From the IMG/VR virus record IMGVR_UViG_3300037467_000561: 64,000 nt of DNA, one strand, 5' to 3'. A program made the position numbers and the translations under genes. Origin of the DNA: a virus. Position 1 is the stretch's first letter, and each line of letters begins with the position of its first letter. This document shows, piece after piece, positions 8,617 through 16,432 of this stretch. A model generated the notes under the pieces. The model did not search any database, had not been told where the DNA came from, and was given only the letters and a program-made list of their open reading frames with translations.

Positions 8617-8835
8617 ATGGCTATTATTGGATTTATTGTTCTTATTCTGTTGGGGTTGTTTTTCTTGTTCGCAGCAATCACAGTGTTTATTGTAGGCAGT
8701 GCTTTTGGTAGCGGAGGTGAAGCCATTGTTCCAGCAATCTTGGTAGGAATTGTCCTGTGGGCTGCTGTGCATTGGGCGCCGTTTACGATTGCGTTTACAA
8801 GCCCGCCCACACATAATGTTGAGGTGGTGCGATGA
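8617..8835 (+). CDS. membrane protein (72 aa, two TM segments)
   Basis: ATG 8617 after GGAGG. AIIGFIVLILLGLFFLFAAITVFIV and AILVGIVLWAAV. Confidence 0.5.
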   Translation: MAIIGFIVLILLGLFFLFAAITVFIVGSAFGSGGEAIVPAILVGIVLWAAVHWAPFTIAFTSPPTHNVEVVR

Positions 8836-9050
8836 CTAACGACATCACCCGCTACGAGGTGAATCAACACGGGGAGATTCCTCTTTCTTACGGCAGGTAT
8901 GTTCGGTGGGAGGATTATGAGGATGTTGTGCGGGAGTTGCTGGAGAGGATTGAGAAGTTGGATGCCGAAGTGTTGGATTCAAGAAACTACTACTCGGAAG
9001 GATTTGAAGATGGCTGGGAAGCTGCCAAGGAAGAAGAGAGGTGGAAATGA
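8832..9050 (+). CDS. hypothetical protein (72 aa)
   Basis: ATGA overlap. YVRWEDYEDVVRELLERIEKL. Confidence 0.55.
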   Translation: MTNDITRYEVNQHGEIPLSYGRYVRWEDYEDVVRELLERIEKLDAEVLDSRNYYSEGFEDGWEAAKEEERWK

Positions 9051-9292
9051 TTAAGCGATACGACATCGACATTCCTAACAGTGGCTATATCACAGAGTGT
9101 GAGGACGGCGAGTTTGTAAGTGCATATGACCATGATAGAGTTGTTGAGAAGTTGAAGGCTGAGATTGCAGAGGCTTACAACAAAGGATATGACGAGGGCA
9201 GGTGGGTAGGATATCACGAACTGAGTCAGGATTTCGGGGTGACAGAAAAATTGGAACAAGTGCCTTACGAGCAATACTATGGGAAAGAATGA
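9047..9292 (+). CDS. hypothetical protein (81 aa)
   Basis: ATGA overlap at 9047. FVSAYDHDRVVEKLKAEIAEAY. Confidence 0.55.
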   Translation: MIKRYDIDIPNSGYITECEDGEFVSAYDHDRVVEKLKAEIAEAYNKGYDEGRWVGYHELSQDFGVTEKLEQVPYEQYYGKE

Positions 9293-9356
9293 GTGACACA
9301 GGCTCGCTGACAGGAATGTTGGCGGGCTTTTGTTTGTGTTTAAGTTCAAAAACATG

Positions 9357-9385
9357 TTGACAACCCGAGCCATACTTTATAAACT
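9357..9385 (+). promoter_or_regulatory. sigma70-type promoter TTGACA-17-TAAACT
   Basis: TTGACAacccgagccatactttaTAAACT, upstream of the recombinase gene. Preceded by a weak hairpin/T-tract at about 9301-9340. Confidence 0.5.
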
Positions 9386-9415
9386 ACCGTTGTTCACTCA
9401 TATAAGGAGGTAGTC

Positions 9416-10105
9416 ATGGGAAATAAAGTTATTTGCTACGCAAGGTGCAGTACGTCCGAACAATTTAAGAGTTCTCTCGGTATTGAGGCACAGATTGAAG
9501 ATATGCGGAGGTTTGCGCATCGTAACGGACTTGAGATCGTAGATATTCGCAGAGAGGTTGTGAGCGGTAAGCACGACTTAGACCGCAGGCCAGTGCTGAA
9601 ACAAGCTTTTGAAGACGCTGCAAAGATTAAAGGTTGCTCTGTACTAACGTCGAAAATCGATAGGTTATCGAGGTCGCAACTTTTCATCAATAAGTTAGTA
9701 GCTACTAATGTGAATTTCATCACCGCTGAAACAGGACTTGACTGCTCCCCGTTGGAAATTTCTCTACGCGCCGCATTTGCAGAGGAGGAAAGAAGGAAGA
9801 TCGGTGATAGGACGAAAGCAGCATTTGCCGCAAAGAAGGTTCGCGGTGAGCCTATGGGCATGCACTTGGATAAGGTTGCGGAAGCTAGGGCGAAAGCAAT
9901 CGAGCACAGTGTGATGGTAAACAAGAAAGAAGCTGACGCTTTCGCCGAGTTCATGCGAGAGAAAATCACAGACTTCGTAGACCTGAACCTCTCACTGACG
10001 CAAATGGCGGCTAGGTTGAATAAATATAAAACCCCCACACAACGCGGAGGTAAGTGGTACCCCACTACAGTCAAGAACCTAATTGATCGTCTGCAACTAA
10101 TTTGA
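9416..10105 (+). CDS. small serine recombinase (resolvase/invertase family)
   Basis: 229 aa. N-terminal VICYARCSTSEQ (catalytic Ser motif YxRxSTxxQ), ...SKIDRLSRS, C-terminal HTH-like LSLTQMAARLNKYKTPTQRGGKWYPTTVKNL. Confidence 0.85.
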   Translation: MGNKVICYARCSTSEQFKSSLGIEAQIEDMRRFAHRNGLEIVDIRREVVSGKHDLDRRPVLKQAFEDAAKIKGCSVLTSKIDRLSRSQLFINKLVATNVNFITAETGLDCSPLEISLRAAFAEEERRKIGDRTKAAFAAKKVRGEPMGMHLDKVAEARAKAIEHSVMVNKKEADAFAEFMREKITDFVDLNLSLTQMAARLNKYKTPTQRGGKWYPTTVKNLIDRLQLI

Positions 10106-10130
10106 CAGAATGTTGTTTCCGTAGTATAAT
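10102..10130 (+). promoter_or_regulatory. perfect sigma70 promoter TTGACA-17-TATAAT
   Basis: TTGACAgaatgttgtttccgtagTATAAT. The recombinase TGA stop lies inside the -35. Confidence 0.75.
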
Positions 10131-10159
10131 ACTCTCATAACCAATAATGAGAGGTGATT

Positions 10160-10378
10160 ATGGCAAACAAACAAAAATTTAGTGTCGAAGAGGCTATCCA
10201 GCTTCGTAGGCAAGGACACTCGCACCAAAGTATCGCGGATATGATGGGGTGCAGTGTCCATTGGTGTTTGAAGAACCTGAAAGGTGTGGAGAAGGGTGCA
10301 GGCGTAGAAAACGATGCTACGAAGCGCATGGCTATCGCTATTCTTGAAGAAGCTCTTGAGAAAGTGAGGGCACTGTGA
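10160..10378 (+). CDS. small HTH protein (72 aa)
   Basis: ATG 10160 after GAGAGGTG. FSVEEAIQLRRQGHSHQSIADMMGCSVHWCLKNL looks like a resolvase-type HTH. Confidence 0.6.
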   Translation: MANKQKFSVEEAIQLRRQGHSHQSIADMMGCSVHWCLKNLKGVEKGAGVENDATKRMAIAILEEALEKVRAL

Positions 10379-11514
10379 CTGATATTTATGTAGGATATCT
10401 AGCGACGAGCAACAACTTCGGCAGGTACAAAATCGGGAAGATGGATGGTGATCATGCCTGGATAGTCTTTGAAGATACAGGTAACGTAGAGCACCCTTCA
10501 ATCAAGACAATCATAGCAAATGGAGTTGTAGATTACAAAAGTCCGAAGTACTCCCTAAAGTTGAATGGTCTATACAACACGAATAACTACGGGCAAGTTA
10601 AAGTAATAAAGATCACAAACTCCAAAGAGGTTACTGTCGAATTTGTAAACACAGGTAATCGTGTTGTTGTTCAAAAGAGTGCAATCCTTGCAGGTTATAT
10701 AACTGATAAACTTGCTATAGCCATGCAGGAGCAGAAAAATTCTGAACTGCGTGCAGAAGAAAAACGTATTATAGCTGAGACAAGACGGGCAGAGAAAGCT
10801 GCCATTGAGGAATCTAATAGGCTTGTGAAAGAGGCAGCAAAGGCGGAACGAGAAGCAGCTAGAGCCGCAATCAAGTCTGTGCAAAGAACTCTTGATTCAA
10901 AAGGTGAGGTGTTCATCGGAACAGTTCACAAAGACTTGCTTGACATGGAATTTAAGGTTGTTGACAGAGTAGATGGAACAAGTCAATGGGTTGTCAAGTA
11001 TCTTGAATCTGGAAACGAATACAACTATTCAGAAAATTTAATTAGAAAGAAATCCGTGGGTGATAAGAAACGGGAGGACTACTTCGTTCTTAAAGCAAAG
11101 TATGATAAAGCTAGAGCAGCAAAGTGGTATCAAGAGAATCGAGAACATGCAATTAAGCGCGCGTGTGAATATCAAAAGTTAAATTTAGATAGGGCAAGAG
11201 TTAACAATCAGAACCGTCGTGCTCGGCGCAATGGAGCAGAAGGAAATCATACTCTTGAGGAAACAAACAGATTATTAGATGAACAAGGACATAAATGTAA
11301 TTGTTGCGGCATCGCCTTGACAGCATCCAATAAACATCTCGATCATATCTACCCTCTGGCTCTTGGCGGTACTAACTACATCTGGAATCTTCAATGGTTG
11401 TGTCAGTTTTGCAATAATAGTAAATCCGCCACTCACCCTGATGAATGGGAAATCTATAGTAAATCAGAGCAATTCCAGAGTGTCTTGAAGGCTCATGGAC
11501 AGCAGCTTCAATAG
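10375..11514 (+). CDS. HNH homing endonuclease
   Basis: 379 aa, GTG start overlapping TGA. Two N-terminal repeats (NTNNYGQVKVIKITNSKEVTVEFVNTGN) homologous to those of 1564-2805. Lys/Glu/Ala coiled coil. C-terminal HNH: CNCCG...HLDHIYPLALGGTNYIWNLQWLCQFCNNSK. Confidence 0.85.
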   Translation: MTDIYVGYLATSNNFGRYKIGKMDGDHAWIVFEDTGNVEHPSIKTIIANGVVDYKSPKYSLKLNGLYNTNNYGQVKVIKITNSKEVTVEFVNTGNRVVVQKSAILAGYITDKLAIAMQEQKNSELRAEEKRIIAETRRAEKAAIEESNRLVKEAAKAEREAARAAIKSVQRTLDSKGEVFIGTVHKDLLDMEFKVVDRVDGTSQWVVKYLESGNEYNYSENLIRKKSVGDKKREDYFVLKAKYDKARAAKWYQENREHAIKRACEYQKLNLDRARVNNQNRRARRNGAEGNHTLEETNRLLDEQGHKCNCCGIALTASNKHLDHIYPLALGGTNYIWNLQWLCQFCNNSKSATHPDEWEIYSKSEQFQSVLKAHGQQLQ

Positions 11515-11533
11515 ACATATTGTGCTTCGTATG

Positions 11534-11585
11534 TAGGCGACTTTGCAAGAGAATTTTCTAAAATTTTAAAATTTGAAGTCGCCTA
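11534..11585. repeat. 10-bp perfect inverted repeat with AT-only tandem repeat in the loop
   Basis: TAGGCGACTT (11534-43) and AAGTCGCCTA (11576-85). The 32-nt loop contains TAAAATTT twice in tandem (11559-74). Confidence 0.8.
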
Positions 11586-11871
11586 TCAGTCACACACTCC
11601 CATCTACTTGTTGTAAATATATCAACAATATCTCTTTTGACCGATTTTAATTTTTCGGTAGGTTTCTTAATAGGTCAACCCTTCCCTCTTAAATCGAGAC
11701 ACCCTTGTCTCCGTGGTCTAACAGTGCCCGCTGGAGGGTCGCTGGGCGGGGTCTACTACCAGAAATATGGCGAAACAGGGGCTCTAAAAAGCCATTGTTC
11801 AAGAGTCGTTTATAAGATGCCCTCTTTTCGGGCCGATTAGGGTACACCGGAAGTCACAATTCAGGCGCACC

Positions 11872-12095
11872 GATCACGTCTCTCTAGACCAGTCCCCATC
11901 CCCACGTCGCACAATAGCCCTCCCAGGCGCTACACAGACCCTCTGCGCCACGTTCTAGCCACCTCTGTTGCGCACCATAGGCGCGCGGTAGCCTCGTCCC
12001 ATCTCGCCACAACCCACCCTCTGTAGCCGCTGTCCTGCTGCTGACAGATGACATCTCACGCCCCTAGCACGTCGATCTGTGCATGGCTGCTGCAA
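11872..12095 (+). repeat. C-rich element, copy 1 (ORF-free, G-poor on + strand)
   Basis: Collinear blocks shared with rc of 27154-27316: GATCA..TCTAG..TCCCCA (11872-11900), CACGTTCTA (11949-57), CCCACCCTCT (12013-22), CCTGCTGC (12034-41), GGCTGC(TGC)AA (12085-95). Confidence 0.6.
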
Positions 12096-12236
12096 CGAAT
12101 GAACATTTGAATACTTGTTCACATGTTGAATAAATGTTATGTCAGGCTACCTGATAGGCCTCATTGATGACCAAGGGTCAGAGAATTTGGCTCGTGAACG
12201 AGTTTTTGTTAGGCACAGGAGACATTAACAATAGCC

Positions 12237-12301
12237 TGTGGATAACAATGTGGATAACTTGGGGGATAAGTAGGCTGCTGTAAGAGCCTTGCTGTGGATA
12301 A
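12237..12301 (-). promoter_or_regulatory. cluster of DnaA boxes (three perfect TTATCCACA plus one TTATCCCCC)
   Basis: TGTGGATAA at 12237-45, 12249-57 and 12293-301. GGGGGATAA at 12261-69. All in the same orientation, with an AT-rich stretch at 12100-12145 to the left. Confidence 0.7.
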
Positions 12302-12316
12302 CTTTATAGCGTCTCA

Positions 12317-12344
12317 CAAAAGAAAAAGCCCTCCGAAGAGGGCC
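12317..12344 (-). terminator. intrinsic terminator of the minus-strand early operon
   Basis: rc reads GGCCCTC-ttcg-GAGGGC then TTTTTCTTTTG, 22 nt after the stop of 12366-12605. Confidence 0.75.
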
Positions 12345-12365
12345 ATTCTGTGCTGCTTTCTAGTC

Positions 12366-12605
12366 TTACTTTGCCAGTTCATCCAACACCGACTGCTTGA
12401 TCGACTCTGCTGCACGCTTCTTGTTGTGGTCTACCACGTACGCTTTACCTACCAGCTTCCACACACCGTCAATCATAGCTTCCTTACGGATGATGTTGCC
12501 TTTGGATTCCACTGCACGAACTTTGGTACCTTCGTTGTAGGTGATTTCATAGGCCATTTCGCCGTTGGTGGAGTACTTAGCAACGTTGGTGATGGTGACG
12601 GTCAT
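12366..12605 (-). CDS. hypothetical protein (79 aa)
   Basis: AGGAG RBS. Last gene before the terminator. Confidence 0.6.
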   Translation of the reverse strand: MTVTITNVAKYSTNGEMAYEITYNEGTKVRAVESKGNIIRKEAMIDGVWKLVGKAYVVDHNKKRAAESIKQSVLDELAK

Positions 12606-12714
12606 GTTAGGCTCCTAGTGTGTGGGTTTTGTGCTGCTGATGTGTTTATAATAGCACAGCCACTAAGAAACACAAGCCCAATAAGCACATTATTTAGAGC
12701 CTTCCCTCTAATCC

Positions 12715-13002
12715 CTACACCAACCCGTTCTCCACACAACACGCTTTCCATGCATCTTCTTGTGTTTCAAACAATCCGTCACATTGCTTACGATCAGCAC
12801 TTATCCACAACCATTTTCTAATGTTTGTAGGAGTTCTTTGATACATGATGTCAAACCCAGCTTCCCGAGCAATGGTTTCATAAGATGAAACAGTTGCTTC
12901 ATAGCTCTTAACAGCATGTGCCGGAGCCTTCTCGTACCAGTCAATTACGTCTCTATCGCATTGAGCGCAACAGATGTTTGATTCTCCGTGTTTGCAAGTC
13001 AT
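12715..13002 (-). CDS. hypothetical Cys-rich protein (95 aa)
   Basis: ATG 13002 after GGAGGAG. MTCKHGESNICCAQC... Confidence 0.55.
   Translation of the reverse strand: MTCKHGESNICCAQCDRDVIDWYEKAPAHAVKSYEATVSSYETIAREAGFDIMYQRTPTNIRKWLWISADRKQCDGLFETQEDAWKACCVENGLV
12801..12809 (+). promoter_or_regulatory. perfect DnaA box TTATCCACA (opposite orientation to the 12237 cluster)
   Basis: Exact 9-mer, inside the coding sequence of 12715-13002. Confidence 0.45.
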
Positions 13003-13004
13003 AA

Positions 13005-13187
13005 TCACTCCTCCTTAACAAGCCCCTCAACACACCCCTTAAGCCTCTCCCAAGCATCCGTCTCGCATTTCTTCATAGCACTAGACACATGCCCTGTATT
13101 CTCGAAAGCCACTTCATTGATAGCATGCCATGAAGCGTAGCTGTTAGCAAGCAAGAGGATTTCTTTAGATTGTTCTTTTGTTAGCAT
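13005..13187 (-). CDS. hypothetical protein (60 aa)
   Basis: ATG 13187 (MLTKEQSKE...) after GAAGGAA. The track start at 13205 is TTG and overlaps the upstream gene. Confidence 0.5.
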   Translation of the reverse strand: MLTKEQSKEILLLANSYASWHAINEVAFENTGHVSSAMKKCETDAWERLKGCVEGLVKEE

Positions 13188-13189
13188 TA

Positions 13190-13468
13190 TTATTCCTTCA
13201 GCCAAGAACGAATGATTTTACACAACTTTGACCACTCCCCCGGTGTAATGTCGCCCTCTTCAAAATGATAGTCAATCTCAGCTAAAGCTGCCTCGAAGTA
13301 AAGCTTAGGAGTTGTCTTAAACTCCATGTTGGCATACTTCTTTTCTAGTTTTTGTGCTTTACTCTCAACAGCACAACCATCATACACAGACTTTGCTTTA
13401 GCTTCTACTGTAACAGCTTCCAATTCTCCTACTTTAAATCCTTTGCTAATGTCATTGTGTTTCATCAT
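13190..13468 (-). CDS. hypothetical protein (92 aa)
   Basis: AAGGTGGA RBS, tight packing. Confidence 0.55.
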   Translation of the reverse strand: MMKHNDISKGFKVGELEAVTVEAKAKSVYDGCAVESKAQKLEKKYANMEFKTTPKLYFEAALAEIDYHFEEGDITPGEWSKLCKIIRSWLKE

Positions 13469-13752
13469 TCCACCTTAGTAAGCCAATAGTTAGTCAAGTC
13501 TTCCCTGTACGTATTCCCATCGTCGCACAAGAAGATGCGCTCATAGCTCCGCCTATAATACCCTGTAAGCTTGCAATTATTCATCTTGATTGTTCGCTCT
13601 AAAGCCTCTTTCTGTGCATCCTTGACACGTTCCTCTGTCTGCACTCCTTTAAAGCACATGATGACAAAAGCTACCAGAAGTGCTACACCAATTCCTGAGA
13701 AAACAACTGCAAGGGCCGCAGTAGCAACATCACCCTTAGACTCTTCTGCCAT
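13465..13752 (-). CDS. membrane protein (95 aa, one TM)
   Basis: AALAVVFSGIGVALLVAFVIMCF. ATGA coupling to the next gene. Confidence 0.55.
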   Translation of the reverse strand: MAEESKGDVATAALAVVFSGIGVALLVAFVIMCFKGVQTEERVKDAQKEALERTIKMNNCKLTGYYRRSYERIFLCDDGNTYREDLTNYWLTKVE

Positions 13753-13753
13753 A

Positions 13754-13918
13754 TCAATACCTCAATCTAATCACTGGCTCAGCGTCATCAATATAATCGT
13801 AGTTACTTTTCTCGATGCAACTCACGCTCATATCCCCTAGCTTGCTGTCATCCAACACAACAGCAATGTCAGGCATTTCTAATAGCTTCTTTGCAAGTTC
13901 ATGTGATGTCATGATCAT
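13754..13918 (-). CDS. hypothetical protein (54 aa)
   Basis: ATGA overlap at 13918. MIMTSHELAKKLLEMPDIAV resembles the N-terminus of 23784-24017 (MNSHELAYVLLSLPNLPVA). Confidence 0.45.
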   Translation of the reverse strand: MIMTSHELAKKLLEMPDIAVVLDDSKLGDMSVSCIEKSNYDYIDDAEPVIRLRY

Positions 13919-14181
13919 TCCCTCTCTTCCGGCAACAAACAGAAATGTGTAGGCATGAATGGATGAGGCCAACGAATGAACTCTTCAGGCCGCATGTATT
14001 CGTCTACTTCGTTCACCCAAACACAATAAGGATCGGTTGTGTACGTATAGTTTGGATTGAAAGGATAAGGAACATTCATTGCTATAACAACAAACACAGT
14101 CGGAGACTGGCAGGATGACTTGTCAGACTGCATTTCCCGTCCCTTGACATGCTCATGCAATTTATCAATAGTGAGCCACAT
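13915..14181 (-). CDS. hypothetical protein (88 aa)
   Basis: ORF packed in the operon. Confidence 0.5.
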   Translation of the reverse strand: MWLTIDKLHEHVKGREMQSDKSSCQSPTVFVVIAMNVPYPFNPNYTYTTDPYCVWVNEVDEYMRPEEFIRWPHPFMPTHFCLLPEERE

Positions 14182-14183
14182 GA

Positions 14184-14378
14184 CTATTCCTCCGCCAACA
14201 CAAACCGATCTCGTTCATATTGCCAAAGTCTACCGTTGGCACGCTTTACCCAAATCCAATCAGACAGAGGGAATCGTTCCAAAACAACAATCTCATCTAA
14301 TTGCAAGTTACCATCGCAGGGCTCGCCATCATCGTCTACCACTCTAACAGCCTTGAGCTTATCGCCAATTTTCCACAT
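14184..14378 (-). CDS. hypothetical protein (64 aa)
   Basis: ORF packed in the operon. Confidence 0.5.
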   Translation of the reverse strand: MWKIGDKLKAVRVVDDDGEPCDGNLQLDEIVVLERFPLSDWIWVKRANGRLWQYERDRFVLAEE

Positions 14379-14380
14379 GA

Positions 14381-14773
14381 CTATTGCTCCTTCCCAAACA
14401 CCATATAAAGTTTACCCTTCCCATCTTGCCACACAGTTGCATTCCCTTTCGATCCTACCGTGTCATCATGGAATACAAGCTTAAGCCCGTCTCTGGACAC
14501 AAGCTGTGTGTATTCGTAGCTATCCTTATAAATGTTCATCCTAGCAACAAGCTTCTTTACAATGTCCTTCTTAACTCCCACTTTACCATTGCCATGCCCC
14601 ACTTTGCAACCAACATCTTGTATCGGCTGTCCCTCATAACGTTGCATGTCGATGCAATACATCATCTTAAGCTGTAAGCCGTCCATGGGATGAGCCTGTG
14701 CATAAGATTGACTAGCCCACACACAGCCGGACATAAGAACGATGCACAAGAGGCAAAGAGAGAGGATGCGCAT
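14381..14773 (-). CDS. lipoprotein (130 aa)
   Basis: Signal peptide with lipobox MRILSLCLLCIVLMSGC. Confidence 0.65.
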   Translation of the reverse strand: MRILSLCLLCIVLMSGCVWASQSYAQAHPMDGLQLKMMYCIDMQRYEGQPIQDVGCKVGHGNGKVGVKKDIVKKLVARMNIYKDSYEYTQLVSRDGLKLVFHDDTVGSKGNATVWQDGKGKLYMVFGKEQ

Positions 14774-14801
14774 GATTATGTCTTCCTTACGTCAGCCAGG
14801 G

Positions 14802-14990
14802 TTATGCCCCGTTGTTTGCATAGTTGTTAATTTGTGCTTTAGCCTCTGCCCAATTCGTAGCATCCACAACACACTTGTTAAAGCCTTTTATGTTGACATA
14901 GCCAATAATGCCAGGATTACCACGAGTGGGCACAATCAATGTAATTTTCATAATCTCGGCTGCAAGCATTACATATTGTTTGTCGGTCAT
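14802..14990 (-). CDS. hypothetical protein (62 aa)
   Basis: ATG 14990 after GGAG (MTDKQYVML...). Confidence 0.45.
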   Translation of the reverse strand: MTDKQYVMLAAEIMKITLIVPTRGNPGIIGYVNIKGFNKCVVDATNWAEAKAQINNYANNGA

Positions 14991-15029
14991 GTCAGTACTC
15001 CGAAAGTTAGAGAGGAGCCTAGGCAACGC

Positions 15030-15125
15030 CTAGTATTTCTTAAAGAACACAAGATAAATAAGCCACACAACAATTGTAGCACAGGCTGCTATGCCTAGCA
15101 CAAGGAGAATTGATTCGATTGTCAT
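15030..15125 (-). CDS. tiny membrane peptide (31 aa)
   Basis: MTIESILLVLGIAACATIVVWLIYLVFFKKY. The start is 1 nt after the upstream stop. Confidence 0.3.
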   Translation of the reverse strand: MTIESILLVLGIAACATIVVWLIYLVFFKKY

Positions 15126-15126
15126 G

Positions 15127-15474
15127 TTAGCCTTTCTTGTGTTGCTTGTTGCTCAAGTCTTCTTGCAGACAAGAAATCATGTAGTCAATCCATTGCAGCC
15201 TGTATTTCTTAACACTTTCCTTATCTTGAGCAAGGCTTTTTCTATTCTCTTCTAACCACTCATCAAAGTAGGCGCACTTACCAAGTTGTCTGGATATATA
15301 CGAGGACAACTTGTCAACAGCACAACTTCTTTCATAACTCCAACCTAAATCCCATTTGACCGCATCAAGAGCAAAGCAAATAAAACTAGCTCGGCCCTGC
15401 TCGATAATAGTTTTTGCACACGCCAACACTTCAATCTTTGCCTCAAGCATCTTAACACTGTCTTTCTTAGCCAT
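15127..15474 (-). CDS. hypothetical protein (115 aa)
   Basis: AGGAGAAAT RBS. Confidence 0.55.
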   Translation of the reverse strand: MAKKDSVKMLEAKIEVLACAKTIIEQGRASFICFALDAVKWDLGWSYERSCAVDKLSSYISRQLGKCAYFDEWLEENRKSLAQDKESVKKYRLQWIDYMISCLQEDLSNKQHKKG

Positions 15475-15476
15475 GA

Positions 15477-15665
15477 TTATTTCTCCTGAACAACCACACT
15501 AACAACCCTATATTCATCCTTACATTCGTTGTACACGCTGCTAGTTCTCCAAGCTTCGCAATTTTCAAAGGCTCTATCAAACGTATGATAAATCTCAAGC
15601 TGACCCTTTGTACTGCACAAAAGCCAGCTGTTTGTGTAGCTGTCATACCATTGAACTGCATACAT
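15477..15665 (-). CDS. hypothetical protein (62 aa)
   Basis: GGGGAAAT RBS. Confidence 0.5.
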   Translation of the reverse strand: MYAVQWYDSYTNSWLLCSTKGQLEIYHTFDRAFENCEAWRTSSVYNECKDEYRVVSVVVQEK

Positions 15666-15666
15666 A

Positions 15667-15816
15667 TTATTTCCCCTTTCTCATCTTATCCTCACAATGT
15701 TTCCACCCCTCTTGCCAATCTGTGTAGCAGAATGTCCCTTTAAGATATGGACAGTCTTTCAGACTAGCATAGCCATACAGACGTGCATTGTATCCTACAT
15801 TGTATGCGAGTGACAT
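15667..15816 (-). CDS. ribosome modulation factor (Rmf)-like small protein (49 aa), below the track cutoff
   Basis: AGGAG RBS. GYNARLYGYASLKDCPYLKGTFCYTDWQEGW matches the Rmf pattern GYxAGxxG....CPY.......WxxGW. Confidence 0.5.
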   Translation of the reverse strand: MSLAYNVGYNARLYGYASLKDCPYLKGTFCYTDWQEGWKHCEDKMRKGK

Positions 15817-15845
15817 AATAGGCTCCTAGAATTGTTATGCAACTC

Positions 15846-15959
15846 TCAGAACAAGTCAATATGGAACACAACTTTAACAACTACCCTACCGTATGCCAGA
15901 GAACAAACCATTAAAGCAATTGCCATCGGGTCTGCAAGGAAAGTTTTGATCTTAGTCAT
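15846..15959 (-). CDS. small membrane protein (37 aa)
   Basis: ATG 15959 after GGAG. PMAIALMVCSLAYGRVVV. Confidence 0.35.
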   Translation of the reverse strand: MTKIKTFLADPMAIALMVCSLAYGRVVVKVVFHIDLF

Positions 15960-15996
15960 GTTAGGCTCCGTGGGGTTTGTTGATTCGATGTAGTAC

Positions 15997-16025
15997 AGTG
16001 TACACAAGCCAGATAAGCACGTCAA
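15997..16025 (-). promoter_or_regulatory. sigma70-type promoter TTGACG-17-TACACT
   Basis: rc reads TTGACGtgcttatctggcttgtgTACACT. Start of the 15959-to-12366 operon. Confidence 0.55.
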
Positions 16026-16190
16026 CAAGAATCTGTAAGAATTTTAGTGTATGTTGTAAATAAGTCATAATCTTGCTTCTTTTCTTGTATCTTTAGTTGT
16101 TTATTGTTTGTGTGCTAGGTGTTAGTGGTTGTTTGTGCCACCTAACCGCGTTAGCTAGGTTAGTTATGCTCTTTATCTCTTAAAGTTATG

Positions 16191-16219
16191 TTGACACAAA
16201 GCATGTCTCAGTGTACTAT
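16191..16219 (+). promoter_or_regulatory. sigma70-type promoter TTGACA-17-TACTAT
   Basis: TTGACAcaaagcatgtctcagtgTACTAT. Drives the 16250-17647 cassette. Confidence 0.6.
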
Positions 16220-16249
16220 ACAAGAGTAACCAATCACTGAGGAACTTTT

Positions 16250-16432
16250 ATGAAGCGTAAGAATTTTAACTACCGTACCGCAACTGTAGCACAGATTGTG
16301 GATCAGTTCAACAAGTCTAGTCCTCAAGCCATCTATGCTGTTCGGAAGACTTGGGAAGATGACGAGGAGATGTCGGCCAAGGTCGAGACAGCTTACCGTG
16401 AGTACAAGATTGCTAAGTTGTTTGATGAGTGA
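16250..16432 (+). CDS. small HTH-like protein (60 aa), related to 18751 and 21224
   Basis: NFNYRTATVAQIVDQFNKSSPQAIYAVRK aligns with SFDYQTASVDAIAVRLNQVQEQSYYRL. Confidence 0.55.
   Translation: MKRKNFNYRTATVAQIVDQFNKSSPQAIYAVRKTWEDDEEMSAKVETAYREYKIAKLFDE

Noticed and set aside
11637-11840. 67-aa ORF in the non-coding gap after the HNH gene.
   Set aside because: It has a TTG start with no SD and an odd composition. It lies within a region better explained as non-coding.
10375-12215. HNH protein plus adjacent long structured non-coding region considered as an IscB/omega-RNA-like RNA-guided nuclease.
   Set aside because: The protein has no RuvC or PLMP segments. It is a repeat-array + coiled-coil + McrA-type HNH homing endonuclease.
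12294-12821. 175-aa plus-strand ORF spanning the DnaA boxes, a terminator and two minus-strand genes.
   Set aside because: It is antisense to well-supported genes, has no RBS, and crosses a terminator hairpin.
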